The translations under genes were made by a program, and so were the position numbers. This document shows, piece by piece, positions 51,201 through 60,102 of a DNA stretch of 64,000 nt. Positions within the stretch are counted from its first letter, which is position 1. Each line of letters starts with the position of its first letter. The notes beneath the pieces were generated by a model. The model saw only the letters and a list, made by a program, of their open reading frames with translations, was not told the origin of the DNA and did no database searches. Origin of the DNA: an uncultured Bacilli bacterium (GTDB taxonomy: Bacteria; Bacillota_I; Bacilli_A; RF39; UBA660); contig CANQQV010000001.1 in the NCBI GenBank assembly GCA_947626095.1, forward strand, positions 64,001 through 128,000, read 5' to 3'.

Positions 51201-51878
51201 TTAATCAAAAATTAACTCTTTTCTTATTGATGTCTCATCATCAGTTTCATTATATATAATACCTAATTTACTATCATTATTAACAAATAATTTATATCCA
51301 TTATTTTTTATACTAGATAAAGAATACAATACATCTTCACTCTCTATTTTACTTTCTAACAACTTAAATAATTCATCTTCAGTTAAATTAAACTCTTTTA
51401 ATAATTCGCTATTATCTATGTTTTTACCAGTCTCTAATGATAGATTAAATACCATATCACTTTCTTCTCCCTTACTACCATTAACATAATAATAGTATTT
51501 AACAATAACTGATAAGTACTTACTATTCATATAATACTCATAATCTACAACATTACCATGAACTAATAAATTATTATTTAATTCATAATTCTTGCTAGTA
51601 TTATTTATAAAAGTTTTAATTTCTAAGTTAATATTATCAACATCTTCAGATTCAATATTAATTTCTAAATTATTTAATTCATATAACGTATTACCTAAAA
51701 AAACTTCTCTAACCTTACTTAATACAATATAGTCTTTACTGTCCACTTTTTTCTTTAATACAAACTTTTCTGGTTCATTACTTTCACTATTTTCATTAAC
51801 CTCTTCATTTTTCTTACAACCAACTAATAATAATAAAACTATTATGATTAATAATCCTTTTTTCAATATAATCACCAC
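51201..51878 (-). CDS. Lipoprotein (DUF3298/RsiV-like)
   Basis: Lipobox LVG-C; YLSVIV...FNLSLETGK motif; the real start is probably TTG 51866. Confidence 0.6.
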   Translation of the reverse strand: MVIILKKGLLIIIVLLLLVGCKKNEEVNENSESNEPEKFVLKKKVDSKDYIVLSKVREVFLGNTLYELNNLEINIESEDVDNINLEIKTFINNTSKNYELNNNLLVHGNVVDYEYYMNSKYLSVIVKYYYYVNGSKGEESDMVFNLSLETGKNIDNSELLKEFNLTEDELFKLLESKIESEDVLYSLSSIKNNGYKLFVNNDSKLGIIYNETDDETSIRKELIFD

Positions 51879-51917
51879 TTAAATTATACCAAAGAAAAAA
51901 CAGACTTTCATCTGTTA

Positions 51918-52046
51918 CTATTTACTTTCTTTTTTAGCTTTAGTATTTTTTTTAGTATCTTTAGCTACTAATTTTACTTTAACTCCTCTTAAAGTACCGA
52001 ATTTCTTTTTAACACCTTCTGGTAAATTTGCTTTATAAGTTCTCAT
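51918..52046 (-). CDS. Small, highly basic 42-aa protein (MRTYKANLPEGVKKKFGTLRGVKVKLVAKDTKKNTKAKKESK)
   Basis: GAGGAGGTG RBS, TGATATAAT extended -10, downstream terminator hairpin; not in the ORF track. Confidence 0.7.
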   Translation of the reverse strand: MRTYKANLPEGVKKKFGTLRGVKVKLVAKDTKKNTKAKKESK

Positions 52047-52103
52047 AATGCACCTCCTCATTAATAACTAAACAATTATATCATGTATTATACAAAAAAT
52101 ACA

Positions 52104-52439
52104 CTAAATTTCAAGAAAAACCAACAATTTAATAACTGAAAAAGATATTGCTGCCAAAACCAATACTAGTAAAATAATAAATAAACTAGAATTATACTCT
52201 TTCTTTTTTCTAAATACATCGATAACTATCCAGATATAAAACAAACCAAAAAAACAAATAATAGCTACTAAATTAAATAAACTTATTCTTTTAAGTAATA
52301 AAAATGGATAAATAACAAAGAAAAAAACTAAATAGAAAAAGGAAAAAACATAGAACTTACCAAATAATACCTTAATATTATCAGGTATTTCAGCTTTATA
52401 TAATTTTTTTAATCTCCTTTTATCATTCTTTTTCTTCAT
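52104..52439 (-). CDS. Small membrane protein (3 TM)
   Basis: Hydrophobic helices; translationally coupled to the upstream gene. Confidence 0.6.
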   Translation of the reverse strand: MKKKNDKRRLKKLYKAEIPDNIKVLFGKFYVFSFFYLVFFFVIYPFLLLKRISLFNLVAIICFFGLFYIWIVIDVFRKKKEYNSSLFIILLVLVLAAISFSVIKLLVFLEI

Positions 52440-52696
52440 TATTTATTACATTCTTCATATGCAGTTCTAACGGCAACTGCTAGTTGATCCGCACAAGAAG
52501 TTCCTCTCATACCACATTGGTTACCTTTTAATTTCTCTTCAATATAAGAAACAGTCATTCCATCTAATAATTTAGATATCGCTTTTAAATTACCAGGACA
52601 ACCACCAACAAACTCAATATTACTTATTACATCCCTATTAATATCAAATTTAATAATCGCTGAACAAGTTCCTTTTGTTTTATATTCATACTTCAT
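52439..52696 (-). CDS. TSCPD-domain protein (TIGR03905 family)
   Basis: YKTKGTCS, FVGGCPGNL, CGMRGTSCADQL motifs. Confidence 0.92.
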   Translation of the reverse strand: MKYEYKTKGTCSAIIKFDINRDVISNIEFVGGCPGNLKAISKLLDGMTVSYIEEKLKGNQCGMRGTSCADQLAVAVRTAYEECNK

Positions 52697-52751
52697 AAAT
52701 ATCACCAACAAAATCATACCATAAAAAAAAGAATAAATAAATTATTCTTTC

Positions 52752-53375
52752 TTATTGTTGCATATTATTATTTGGATATTGATTATCTTGTGGTTGTTGT
52801 GGCATTTGTTGATCCATTGGTTGTGGCATAGGTTGTTGCATTGGTTGAGGTTGTACTGGTTGAACTCCTTGTACTACTTGACCATTTTGTACTGGTGCAT
52901 TATTATTTCCACCTAAACCATCAAATAATCCATTAGGTGTAACAGGAGCAGCAGCATTAAATACATCTTTATTATAACCACTTATTGGTAAAACGATTCC
53001 ACCAAAGAATACCATTAAAACAATCCATCCAGTATCTTTACCTAATTTCTTTGATAAATTGTAATAAATATTAACACTAACAACTATTGAGGCTATATTT
53101 AATAATATAGCTAAAGCTCCATCTACGAAGAAACCAAGTAATGAAATACCTAAATAAATAAAGAACCAATAAATCTTTAATCCAACCATTTCGATTAAAA
53201 CGTAGTTGTTATAATATGGAACAATAGCAGCCCATCCAGGACGTCCAGCTTTAACAAATAGTTTCCAAAGTCCTATTACATAAAAAACAAGCCATGCAAT
53301 AACAACTAATAAAACTACAAGAACGACTCCTATACTAGCAGCTAATAAGCCTCCTAAAACTTCTGTACCATCCAT
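52752..53375 (-). CDS. DUF5684-family membrane protein with Q/P-rich tail
   Basis: WKLFVKAGRPGWAAIVPYYN signature. Confidence 0.85.
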   Translation of the reverse strand: MDGTEVLGGLLAASIGVVLVVLLVVIAWLVFYVIGLWKLFVKAGRPGWAAIVPYYNNYVLIEMVGLKIYWFFIYLGISLLGFFVDGALAILLNIASIVVSVNIYYNLSKKLGKDTGWIVLMVFFGGIVLPISGYNKDVFNAAAPVTPNGLFDGLGGNNNAPVQNGQVVQGVQPVQPQPMQQPMPQPMDQQMPQQPQDNQYPNNNMQQ

Positions 53376-53464
53376 ACTCTTTACTTCCTTTCTATTATAA
53401 AGTATACCCTCCCAAGTATAACTTTGTCAACTAAGGTTGACGAATATAAAAAGAAAAAAAGAGA

Positions 53465-54037
53465 CTAAATGTCTCCACCATCTAATTTATACTTATAATA
53501 AGTAATAGTATCGGTATATCTATCTATTTCAACTTCTAAATACATATTATCATCTACAGATTCTTTTATAAATCTTGTTGTGATATCAGAAGAATTAGTA
53601 AAACCTTCAATATCTAACAAATAATCTTCATACTCAATATAATCATCTACATTTAACTGCCCATCACAATATTCATAAGATAACATTATTTCATTATCTC
53701 TAGTCGAAGTATTATAAGAACAAACTTCTCTTCTACCTACTACATAATACATTGTTGGAATTTCATCACCTGATAAATCAACATATTCTTCCGTAGCTTG
53801 TTCACCCAATGTTGAAAAAACAGCAAACATAATTAGGACAACAAATCCTACTATAGCTATTAATAATACAATAGGAACTATAATAGCTACCGCAATAACC
53901 GCTTTATGACTTTTCTTCTCATTCATTGGTGCACCATTAACTAATATTTGGTTATTATTACCTCCTACTGGATTACCACATTTATTACAAAATTTAGCAT
54001 TACCATTAATTTGATTACCGCATTTACCACAATACAT
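53465..54037 (-). CDS. Zinc-ribbon domain membrane protein
   Basis: MYCGKCG...AKFCNKCG, TM and ectodomain; start moved to ATG 54037. Confidence 0.8.
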   Translation of the reverse strand: MYCGKCGNQINGNAKFCNKCGNPVGGNNNQILVNGAPMNEKKSHKAVIAVAIIVPIVLLIAIVGFVVLIMFAVFSTLGEQATEEYVDLSGDEIPTMYYVVGRREVCSYNTSTRDNEIMLSYEYCDGQLNVDDYIEYEDYLLDIEGFTNSSDITTRFIKESVDDNMYLEVEIDRYTDTITYYKYKLDGGDI

Positions 54038-54110
54038 TTCTATCACCAATTTAAATATATCATATTTACAAATATTTGTTATAATAAACTCTAAGAAATG
54101 AGTGAAATAT

Positions 54111-56171
54111 ATGTTAATAAAATCATCTGCCATAGAAAGACTACTACGAGAAAATCCTATGTTAAAAGAAAGAAGATTCGGTCTTCCTTATGTCGGTGCC
54201 CGTTTAGATAAAGAAGAATTTAATCCAACCGTTAAAGAAATTGCTGATGCTATTGATTTTTATGGTTACGAAGTAAGAGATAGTGAAATAACATCTCATC
54301 CTGATATCAACCTTGGTGATGGTAATCCGATGAAATGTGAACCATTCCCTTGTTCTATTAAAGAAATGATTAAATCTTTAGAATCTAAAGAAATGTATAA
54401 GTATCCATATACCGAAGGTGATGATAACATTCGTAAAGAACTACTTAAATATATTGAACAAGAAGGTTTTATTAATACTGAACCATATGATTATGAAGAT
54501 ATCGATGATAAAGGTTTATCTATTCATAATCTTACTTTCTTACCATCAACTTCTATTACCTTTAACTTAATTATTAATATTATTTCTAAACCTGGGGATG
54601 TAATCTTAGTTCCCGGTCCTAGCTATGGTTTATTTACTATTCGTGCTGAACGAGCAGGAGCAGAAGTTGAAGTTATTCCCCTAGAAAAAGAAGATAACTT
54701 CCTTATTAATCCTGATAAACTAGCCCAAACGATTGACGATATCAACTATAGTCTTCAACGTGTTTATAATCGTCGTCATGGCTATGTCCCTCGTGTCGTT
54801 GCTTTCCTAAATGCTAATCCCAATAATCCAACCGGTAAAGTAATGGGGGAAAAACAAACTGAATTATTAACTAAAATAAGTCAAGTATGTTTAGAACGTG
54901 GTGTCTTCATTATTGATGACATGGTTTATCGTGATACAACATATAATAAAAATAATATTGCTAAACCAATTGCTACCATACCTGGAATGTTTCGTAATAC
55001 TATTACTTTATTTGGTTTATCTAAAAGTTATGGTATGGCTTCTCTACGTGCTGGTTTTCTAATTGCTGATGAAATAATAATTCGTGAAGTAATTAATCGT
55101 ATCTTTCAAGAAATGGATTCTTCACCAGACATTGTTGGTCGTGCTTTAATTGGTGCCTTTAATAGTTCTAAAGAACGAAATGAAACATACGATAAATACT
55201 TTAAACATATTAGAAAAACCTATGTTCATCGTTTTAACATCTTAAAAGCTTTAGTAGAAGGTATTGATGCTATTAAAGATTTTCATACTAAAACCGAAAT
55301 AGAACAAACTATTTCTAAATATATAACTAATAAAAAAGAATATGATTTACTATTAAAAGGTTTACCATATACTAAATTTCCTGATAATTTAGAACCAGAA
55401 GCTGGTTTCTTTGCTATCTTAGATTTTACTGAATTAAAAGGTAAAACTTATCATGGTAATCCAATTAAAACTGAAAAAGACTTACTAGAATTCTTCTATA
55501 AAACTAATCGTTTACGTTTCTTAATAGGTCAATCAATTAGTTGGCCATATAAAAAAGAACTAGTTGGTCGTATTACCTTTGCTTGGGAAGATCAAGACTT
55601 AATTAATGCTATTGCTTTAATTAATAATTCTCTCCAACAACTAGTAATGGAAAACTCTTATACCATTCGTTTAAATACGATAAACGATCAAAAAGATATG
55701 GCTAAAATCAAAGTTGATAGTTGGCAAAAAACATATCCTGGTATTATCGATCAAAAATACTTAGACTCTCTAAACTATGAAGAGCAAGAAGCTAAATACC
55801 TTGATAGTTTTACAGAATATAAGCATTCTGTCTTAGTAGCTGAAGATAATGATACTAAAAAAGTCGTTGGATACTCATGTTTTAATTTAGAGACAAATGA
55901 ATATACTGATTGTGAATTAGTTAGTTTATATATTAATCCTAAGTATACTAGACGTGGTATAGGTACAATATTACTACGTGAAACAATTAAAGAATTAAAA
56001 GGCTATAATAAAAAGACTATGTTACTATGGTGTTTAAAAGATAATAAGAATGCACTTAAATTCTATGAAAAACTAGGTGGAATTAAAACGTACTCTAAAC
56101 TAGCTAATATCGGTGGTAAAGTTTACCACGAAGATGGTTTTATCTTTGATATCGATTCATTTAATAAATAA
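54111..56171 (+). CDS. PLP-dependent aminotransferase class I/II fused to a C-terminal GNAT acetyltransferase
   Basis: NPNNPTG, DDMVY, GLSKSYGMASLRAG (PLP Lys); C-terminal LYINPKYTRRGIG...NKNALKFYEKLGG. Confidence 0.88.
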   Translation: MLIKSSAIERLLRENPMLKERRFGLPYVGARLDKEEFNPTVKEIADAIDFYGYEVRDSEITSHPDINLGDGNPMKCEPFPCSIKEMIKSLESKEMYKYPYTEGDDNIRKELLKYIEQEGFINTEPYDYEDIDDKGLSIHNLTFLPSTSITFNLIINIISKPGDVILVPGPSYGLFTIRAERAGAEVEVIPLEKEDNFLINPDKLAQTIDDINYSLQRVYNRRHGYVPRVVAFLNANPNNPTGKVMGEKQTELLTKISQVCLERGVFIIDDMVYRDTTYNKNNIAKPIATIPGMFRNTITLFGLSKSYGMASLRAGFLIADEIIIREVINRIFQEMDSSPDIVGRALIGAFNSSKERNETYDKYFKHIRKTYVHRFNILKALVEGIDAIKDFHTKTEIEQTISKYITNKKEYDLLLKGLPYTKFPDNLEPEAGFFAILDFTELKGKTYHGNPIKTEKDLLEFFYKTNRLRFLIGQSISWPYKKELVGRITFAWEDQDLINAIALINNSLQQLVMENSYTIRLNTINDQKDMAKIKVDSWQKTYPGIIDQKYLDSLNYEEQEAKYLDSFTEYKHSVLVAEDNDTKKVVGYSCFNLETNEYTDCELVSLYINPKYTRRGIGTILLRETIKELKGYNKKTMLLWCLKDNKNALKFYEKLGGIKTYSKLANIGGKVYHEDGFIFDIDSFNK

Positions 56172-56264
56172 ATACGATATAATCGTATTTTTTCTTTGGT
56201 ACAAATAAAATATCAAAAAAGAGCTTAACAAAGCTCTATAAGTCTAAAAATAAGCTTAAAATAA

Positions 56265-56723
56265 CTATTGACGATAATAAACCATTTTATACCTAGTCTC
56301 AGTCTCTTCATAAAATAAAAAGCCTAATCTCTCATATAAGTCTATTGCTTCCTTATTATCTTTATATACCCATAAATAAACAATAGCATTATTTCTTAAA
56401 ACATCCTTAATTAAACGACTACCAATTCCCTTATTACGATATCTATCTTCTAAATATATTTCATCTAACAACTTACCATCTTCATAATCACTAACTAAAA
56501 TACATCCAATTATCTTCTCATCAACTACTACTAACTGATAATTACTTATTTCCATAGCTACACTACTATTGACATATTCTTTAATCTTATTAAGTTCTTC
56601 TTTACTTAAATCTTTTGCATACTTAAGAATTGTTAATAACTTATATTTTATTAACAATTCAATATTATCTGTAGTTGCTTTAACTAAACTATATTTTATT
56701 TTACTTTTAATATTGGTTTCCAT
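56265..56723 (-). CDS. GNAT family N-acetyltransferase
   Basis: YRNKGIGS, LWVYKDNKEAIDLYERLGF; start moved to ATG 56723. Confidence 0.88.
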   Translation of the reverse strand: METNIKSKIKYSLVKATTDNIELLIKYKLLTILKYAKDLSKEELNKIKEYVNSSVAMEISNYQLVVVDEKIIGCILVSDYEDGKLLDEIYLEDRYRNKGIGSRLIKDVLRNNAIVYLWVYKDNKEAIDLYERLGFLFYEETETRYKMVYYRQ

Positions 56724-57034
56724 CTTTCCCCAACTTTTCCTTTTACTACTCCACAATAAACACTATAATCTTTTAAGTTATTATCTAAAGCTACTTGCTT
56801 ATAAGTATCTACACAAGTATTAATAACTTCTTCATTAGATTTAAAATCCCCTTGATAATAAACTATCTCATTATCTTTTATATAGCCTCTTACTAAGCGA
56901 TTATATTCATTATTATTAATTCCTAAACTATTACACCATTCCCTATGACTCATCGTGGAATTTCTTAAATACAATATATTACCATGATATATTATAAAAG
57001 CTACTCTACTTTTATGAAAAATACTCTCATTCAT
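56696..57034 (-). CDS. Hypothetical protein
   Basis: 112-aa ORF overlapping its operon neighbours; SHREW...RGY motif. Confidence 0.6.
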   Translation of the reverse strand: MNESIFHKSRVAFIIYHGNILYLRNSTMSHREWCNSLGINNNEYNRLVRGYIKDNEIVYYQGDFKSNEEVINTCVDTYKQVALDNNLKDYSVYCGVVKGKVGERWKPILKVK

Positions 57035-57842
57035 TACGATCTAAAAACCAAGCTAAATAAACATCGAAATCATCAGGATGATGTAAATAACATCTACACA
57101 TTCTAATAAATAAAACAACATTCATTAAAGCTACTTTATATTTTCTATCTCCTGGTAAAAAATCTAATATCATCGTTTCTCTTAAGTTTCTAAATAATTT
57201 AACACTAGAAAATATTGCAAAGTAAAAATCATATAATATATCACCAACGACTGGCATTGGATCAATAACTCTTATTAACCTTTCATCATCTATTAAAAAA
57301 TTATGTACGCCAAAATCACCATGTATTAAATACTTCGGCGCATCATACTTTTTAATCTTCTCTAAATCATCATATACACTACTAAAATCATAGTTTAAAT
57401 CTTTAACTGATTGATAAGAATAATCAACTTCATCTTTTAAAAACTGATACCAACTCTTCTTATGATCTTCATATAAATATCCATATCCATCATATCTATA
57501 AGGTTTATAATTAGTAACAATTCCAAAGCATTGTTCAATCGTTCCCATAACATCTGGATATGCTTCATCTTTAAACTTCGTACCTTCGATAAACTCAAAA
57601 CATAAATATCCTAATTTATTATTATGACATAATAACTTTTGTATTCTTTCCGTCTTTTTATATACTCTAAAATATTCTAGTTGCGCTTTCATTTCGTTTT
57701 TATCAACCGTTTTAACTAAATACTTATTATCAATACTAAAAACTAAAGAATCTGTCGTTCCTTCCTTATAATAAACTATATCCTCTTTATTAATATTAAT
57801 TTTTAATTTTATTTCTAAATCATTGATAATGTTATCTAGCAT
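57027..57842 (-). CDS. Aminoglycoside phosphotransferase/choline kinase-like protein
   Basis: YLVK, FEFIEG, LIHGDFGVHN and VIDP kinase motifs. Confidence 0.85.
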   Translation of the reverse strand: MLDNIINDLEIKLKININKEDIVYYKEGTTDSLVFSIDNKYLVKTVDKNEMKAQLEYFRVYKKTERIQKLLCHNNKLGYLCFEFIEGTKFKDEAYPDVMGTIEQCFGIVTNYKPYRYDGYGYLYEDHKKSWYQFLKDEVDYSYQSVKDLNYDFSSVYDDLEKIKKYDAPKYLIHGDFGVHNFLIDDERLIRVIDPMPVVGDILYDFYFAIFSSVKLFRNLRETMILDFLPGDRKYKVALMNVVLFIRMCRCYLHHPDDFDVYLAWFLDRNE

Positions 57843-57851
57843 AAATATCAC

Positions 57852-59195
57852 CTATAATCTATCTGCCATACCTATATAAGTACTTGGTTTTAATTCTTTA
57901 AGTATTTTTTTATCTTTATTACTAATATCTAAACTATCTATAAATTCATCTAATATCTCTTTAGTAACTTTCTTCCCTCTAGTTAATGCTTTTAATTTAT
58001 CATATGCATCAGGTATTCTATATTTTCTTAAAACTGTTTGAATAGGTTCAGCTAATACTTCCCATTCATTAGCTAATTCACTAGCTATTAACTCTTCATT
58101 AACTATCACTTTATTTAAACCTTTTAATGTCTCTTTAATACCTTGTAACGCATAACCAAAAGCTACACCTAAATTTCTTAAAGCTGATGAATCAGATAAA
58201 TCTCTTTGCATTCTTGATTTCGGTAACTTATTAGATAAAGTAACTAACATTCCATTCGCCATTTCCATATTAGCTTCGCTATTTTCAAAGTTAATCGGAT
58301 TAACTTTATGTGGCATTGTACTACTACCTACTTCATTTTTAATTACTTTAAGTAAGAAATAACCTCTACTTATATATAACCACATATCTAAATCCAAATC
58401 TAATACTATATTATTTATATGTCTAATATTATCTAAAATATTAACTATATAGTCATGATTTTCTATTTGCGTCGTTAATGGATTAAAAGTAAGATTTAAT
58501 CCATTTTCGATAAACTTCTTACATAACTTAACTACATCTATATCACTATAAGCTACACTTAAAGCGCTATAATTTCCTGTTGCACCATTAAACTTCGCTT
58601 TAATTTCACTTTTCTTTAATCTCTCTAATTCATTAGTTAAACGATAACTATATACTTTAAATTCTTTACCTACAGTCGATGGTGTAGCTGGTTGACCATG
58701 TGTATGTGCTAAAAAAGCTATATCCTTATATTCATTACTTAATTCATCTATTTTACCAATAAACTCTTCCATTCTCGGACAATAAACTTTATTTAAGAAA
58801 TCATTCATCATTAAAGCATAAGCCGTATTATTAACATCTTCTGAAGTTAAACCAATATGAACAAAAGAAACTAATTCTTCCAATCCTATCTCTTTTAACT
58901 TTTTATCTATAAAATACTCTATTGCTTTAACATCATGATTAGTAATCCTTTCTTCTTCTTTAACTCCGTTAAAAGAATCAATATTAAAACCATTACTAAT
59001 TTCTAAAATCCTTTTAATATCTTTATTAGTTCCTTCTACTATCCCTTCACTTATTAAATAAGATAACCATCTTATTTCTACTAATACTCTATATTTCACA
59101 TAAGCGTATTCCGAAAAATAAGGTGATAATGAATCTTTAATATCATAATATCTTCCATCTAAAGGACATAATTCCATAGCTTTGTATTCTTCCAT
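57852..59195 (-). CDS. purB: Adenylosuccinate lyase
   Basis: PLDGRY, TNHDVKAIEY, TSED, HTHGQPATP, GSSTMPHKVNPINFEN motifs. Confidence 0.97.
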   Translation of the reverse strand: MEEYKAMELCPLDGRYYDIKDSLSPYFSEYAYVKYRVLVEIRWLSYLISEGIVEGTNKDIKRILEISNGFNIDSFNGVKEEERITNHDVKAIEYFIDKKLKEIGLEELVSFVHIGLTSEDVNNTAYALMMNDFLNKVYCPRMEEFIGKIDELSNEYKDIAFLAHTHGQPATPSTVGKEFKVYSYRLTNELERLKKSEIKAKFNGATGNYSALSVAYSDIDVVKLCKKFIENGLNLTFNPLTTQIENHDYIVNILDNIRHINNIVLDLDLDMWLYISRGYFLLKVIKNEVGSSTMPHKVNPINFENSEANMEMANGMLVTLSNKLPKSRMQRDLSDSSALRNLGVAFGYALQGIKETLKGLNKVIVNEELIASELANEWEVLAEPIQTVLRKYRIPDAYDKLKALTRGKKVTKEILDEFIDSLDISNKDKKILKELKPSTYIGMADRL

Positions 59196-59398
59196 AACAC
59201 ATACTCCATCTATACCCTTATATTACACCATATTTATCAATTATTAAAGCAAAAGAAAATAAACTATTACTAATAAAATACAATTAAATGATATATAAGT
59301 AAAAATATGTCAAAAAAGCTAAAAAAGATTGAACATATTAAAAAGATATCATAAAATCAAGGTAAGAGTAGTCTTACTACTAAGGGAGGATAATAACA

Positions 59399-60052
59399 AT
59401 GGGAAACAACACAATTGGTTTAAGCGAATCAAAAGTAAATACAATAATAGATGAGTTTAATAGAGATTCTAAAGAAGTACTTGAAACATTAACAGAAGAA
59501 TTTAACAAAGTTCTAAAAAGCCTTGCCAAAAACTGGGGAACTGAAGATGGAAAAACTTGGGTAACTGAAACTTTAATTACCTCTTTAAGAGCAACTGGAG
59601 AAGAAGTTGCAAAAGCACTTTTAGCCTTTGGTAGAGTTATTAAAACAACAGCTGAAAGCCAAGCTGAAGATACTAATAATGTATTTAGCATTAATGCTCC
59701 AGAACAAGCCCAATTAGGTGGACTAGATAATCAAATGCAAAACGTCTTAGATAATGGATTCGTTGGTGTATATAGTACAATACATGCTGAAGTTGAAATT
59801 GCTCACGAAAATCTAAATACAAATGTAATGAATAAACTTACTAAATTAAGAATGAATGCTATTAATAATTGTAAAACAGCCTTCACTAATGAAGGTACAA
59901 GTAAAGTAGCTTCTAATGCTGATACTTACATTGAACAAATCAATCAATCTATTAATAAATGTTTTAAAGATTTAAACCAAGGCATAGATGAAAATACTAA
60001 AAAAGCTAAAATTTATGCAGGTACTATTCAAGAAGCTGGATTACGTAGTTAA
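59399..60052 (+). CDS. Helical protein, tandem WXG100-like
   Basis: Two helix-turn-helix halves of about 100 aa; central LAKNWGTEDG turn in the first half. Confidence 0.45.
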   Translation: MGNNTIGLSESKVNTIIDEFNRDSKEVLETLTEEFNKVLKSLAKNWGTEDGKTWVTETLITSLRATGEEVAKALLAFGRVIKTTAESQAEDTNNVFSINAPEQAQLGGLDNQMQNVLDNGFVGVYSTIHAEVEIAHENLNTNVMNKLTKLRMNAINNCKTAFTNEGTSKVASNADTYIEQINQSINKCFKDLNQGIDENTKKAKIYAGTIQEAGLRS

Positions 60053-60065
60053 TATTTATCAATCA

Positions 60066-60092
60066 AAAATAGACACAACATGTGTCTATTTT
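60066..60092. terminator. Bidirectional terminator
   Basis: aaaatagacaca-aca-tgtgtctatttt. Confidence 0.75.
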
Positions 60093-60102
60093 TATTTTAC
60101 AA

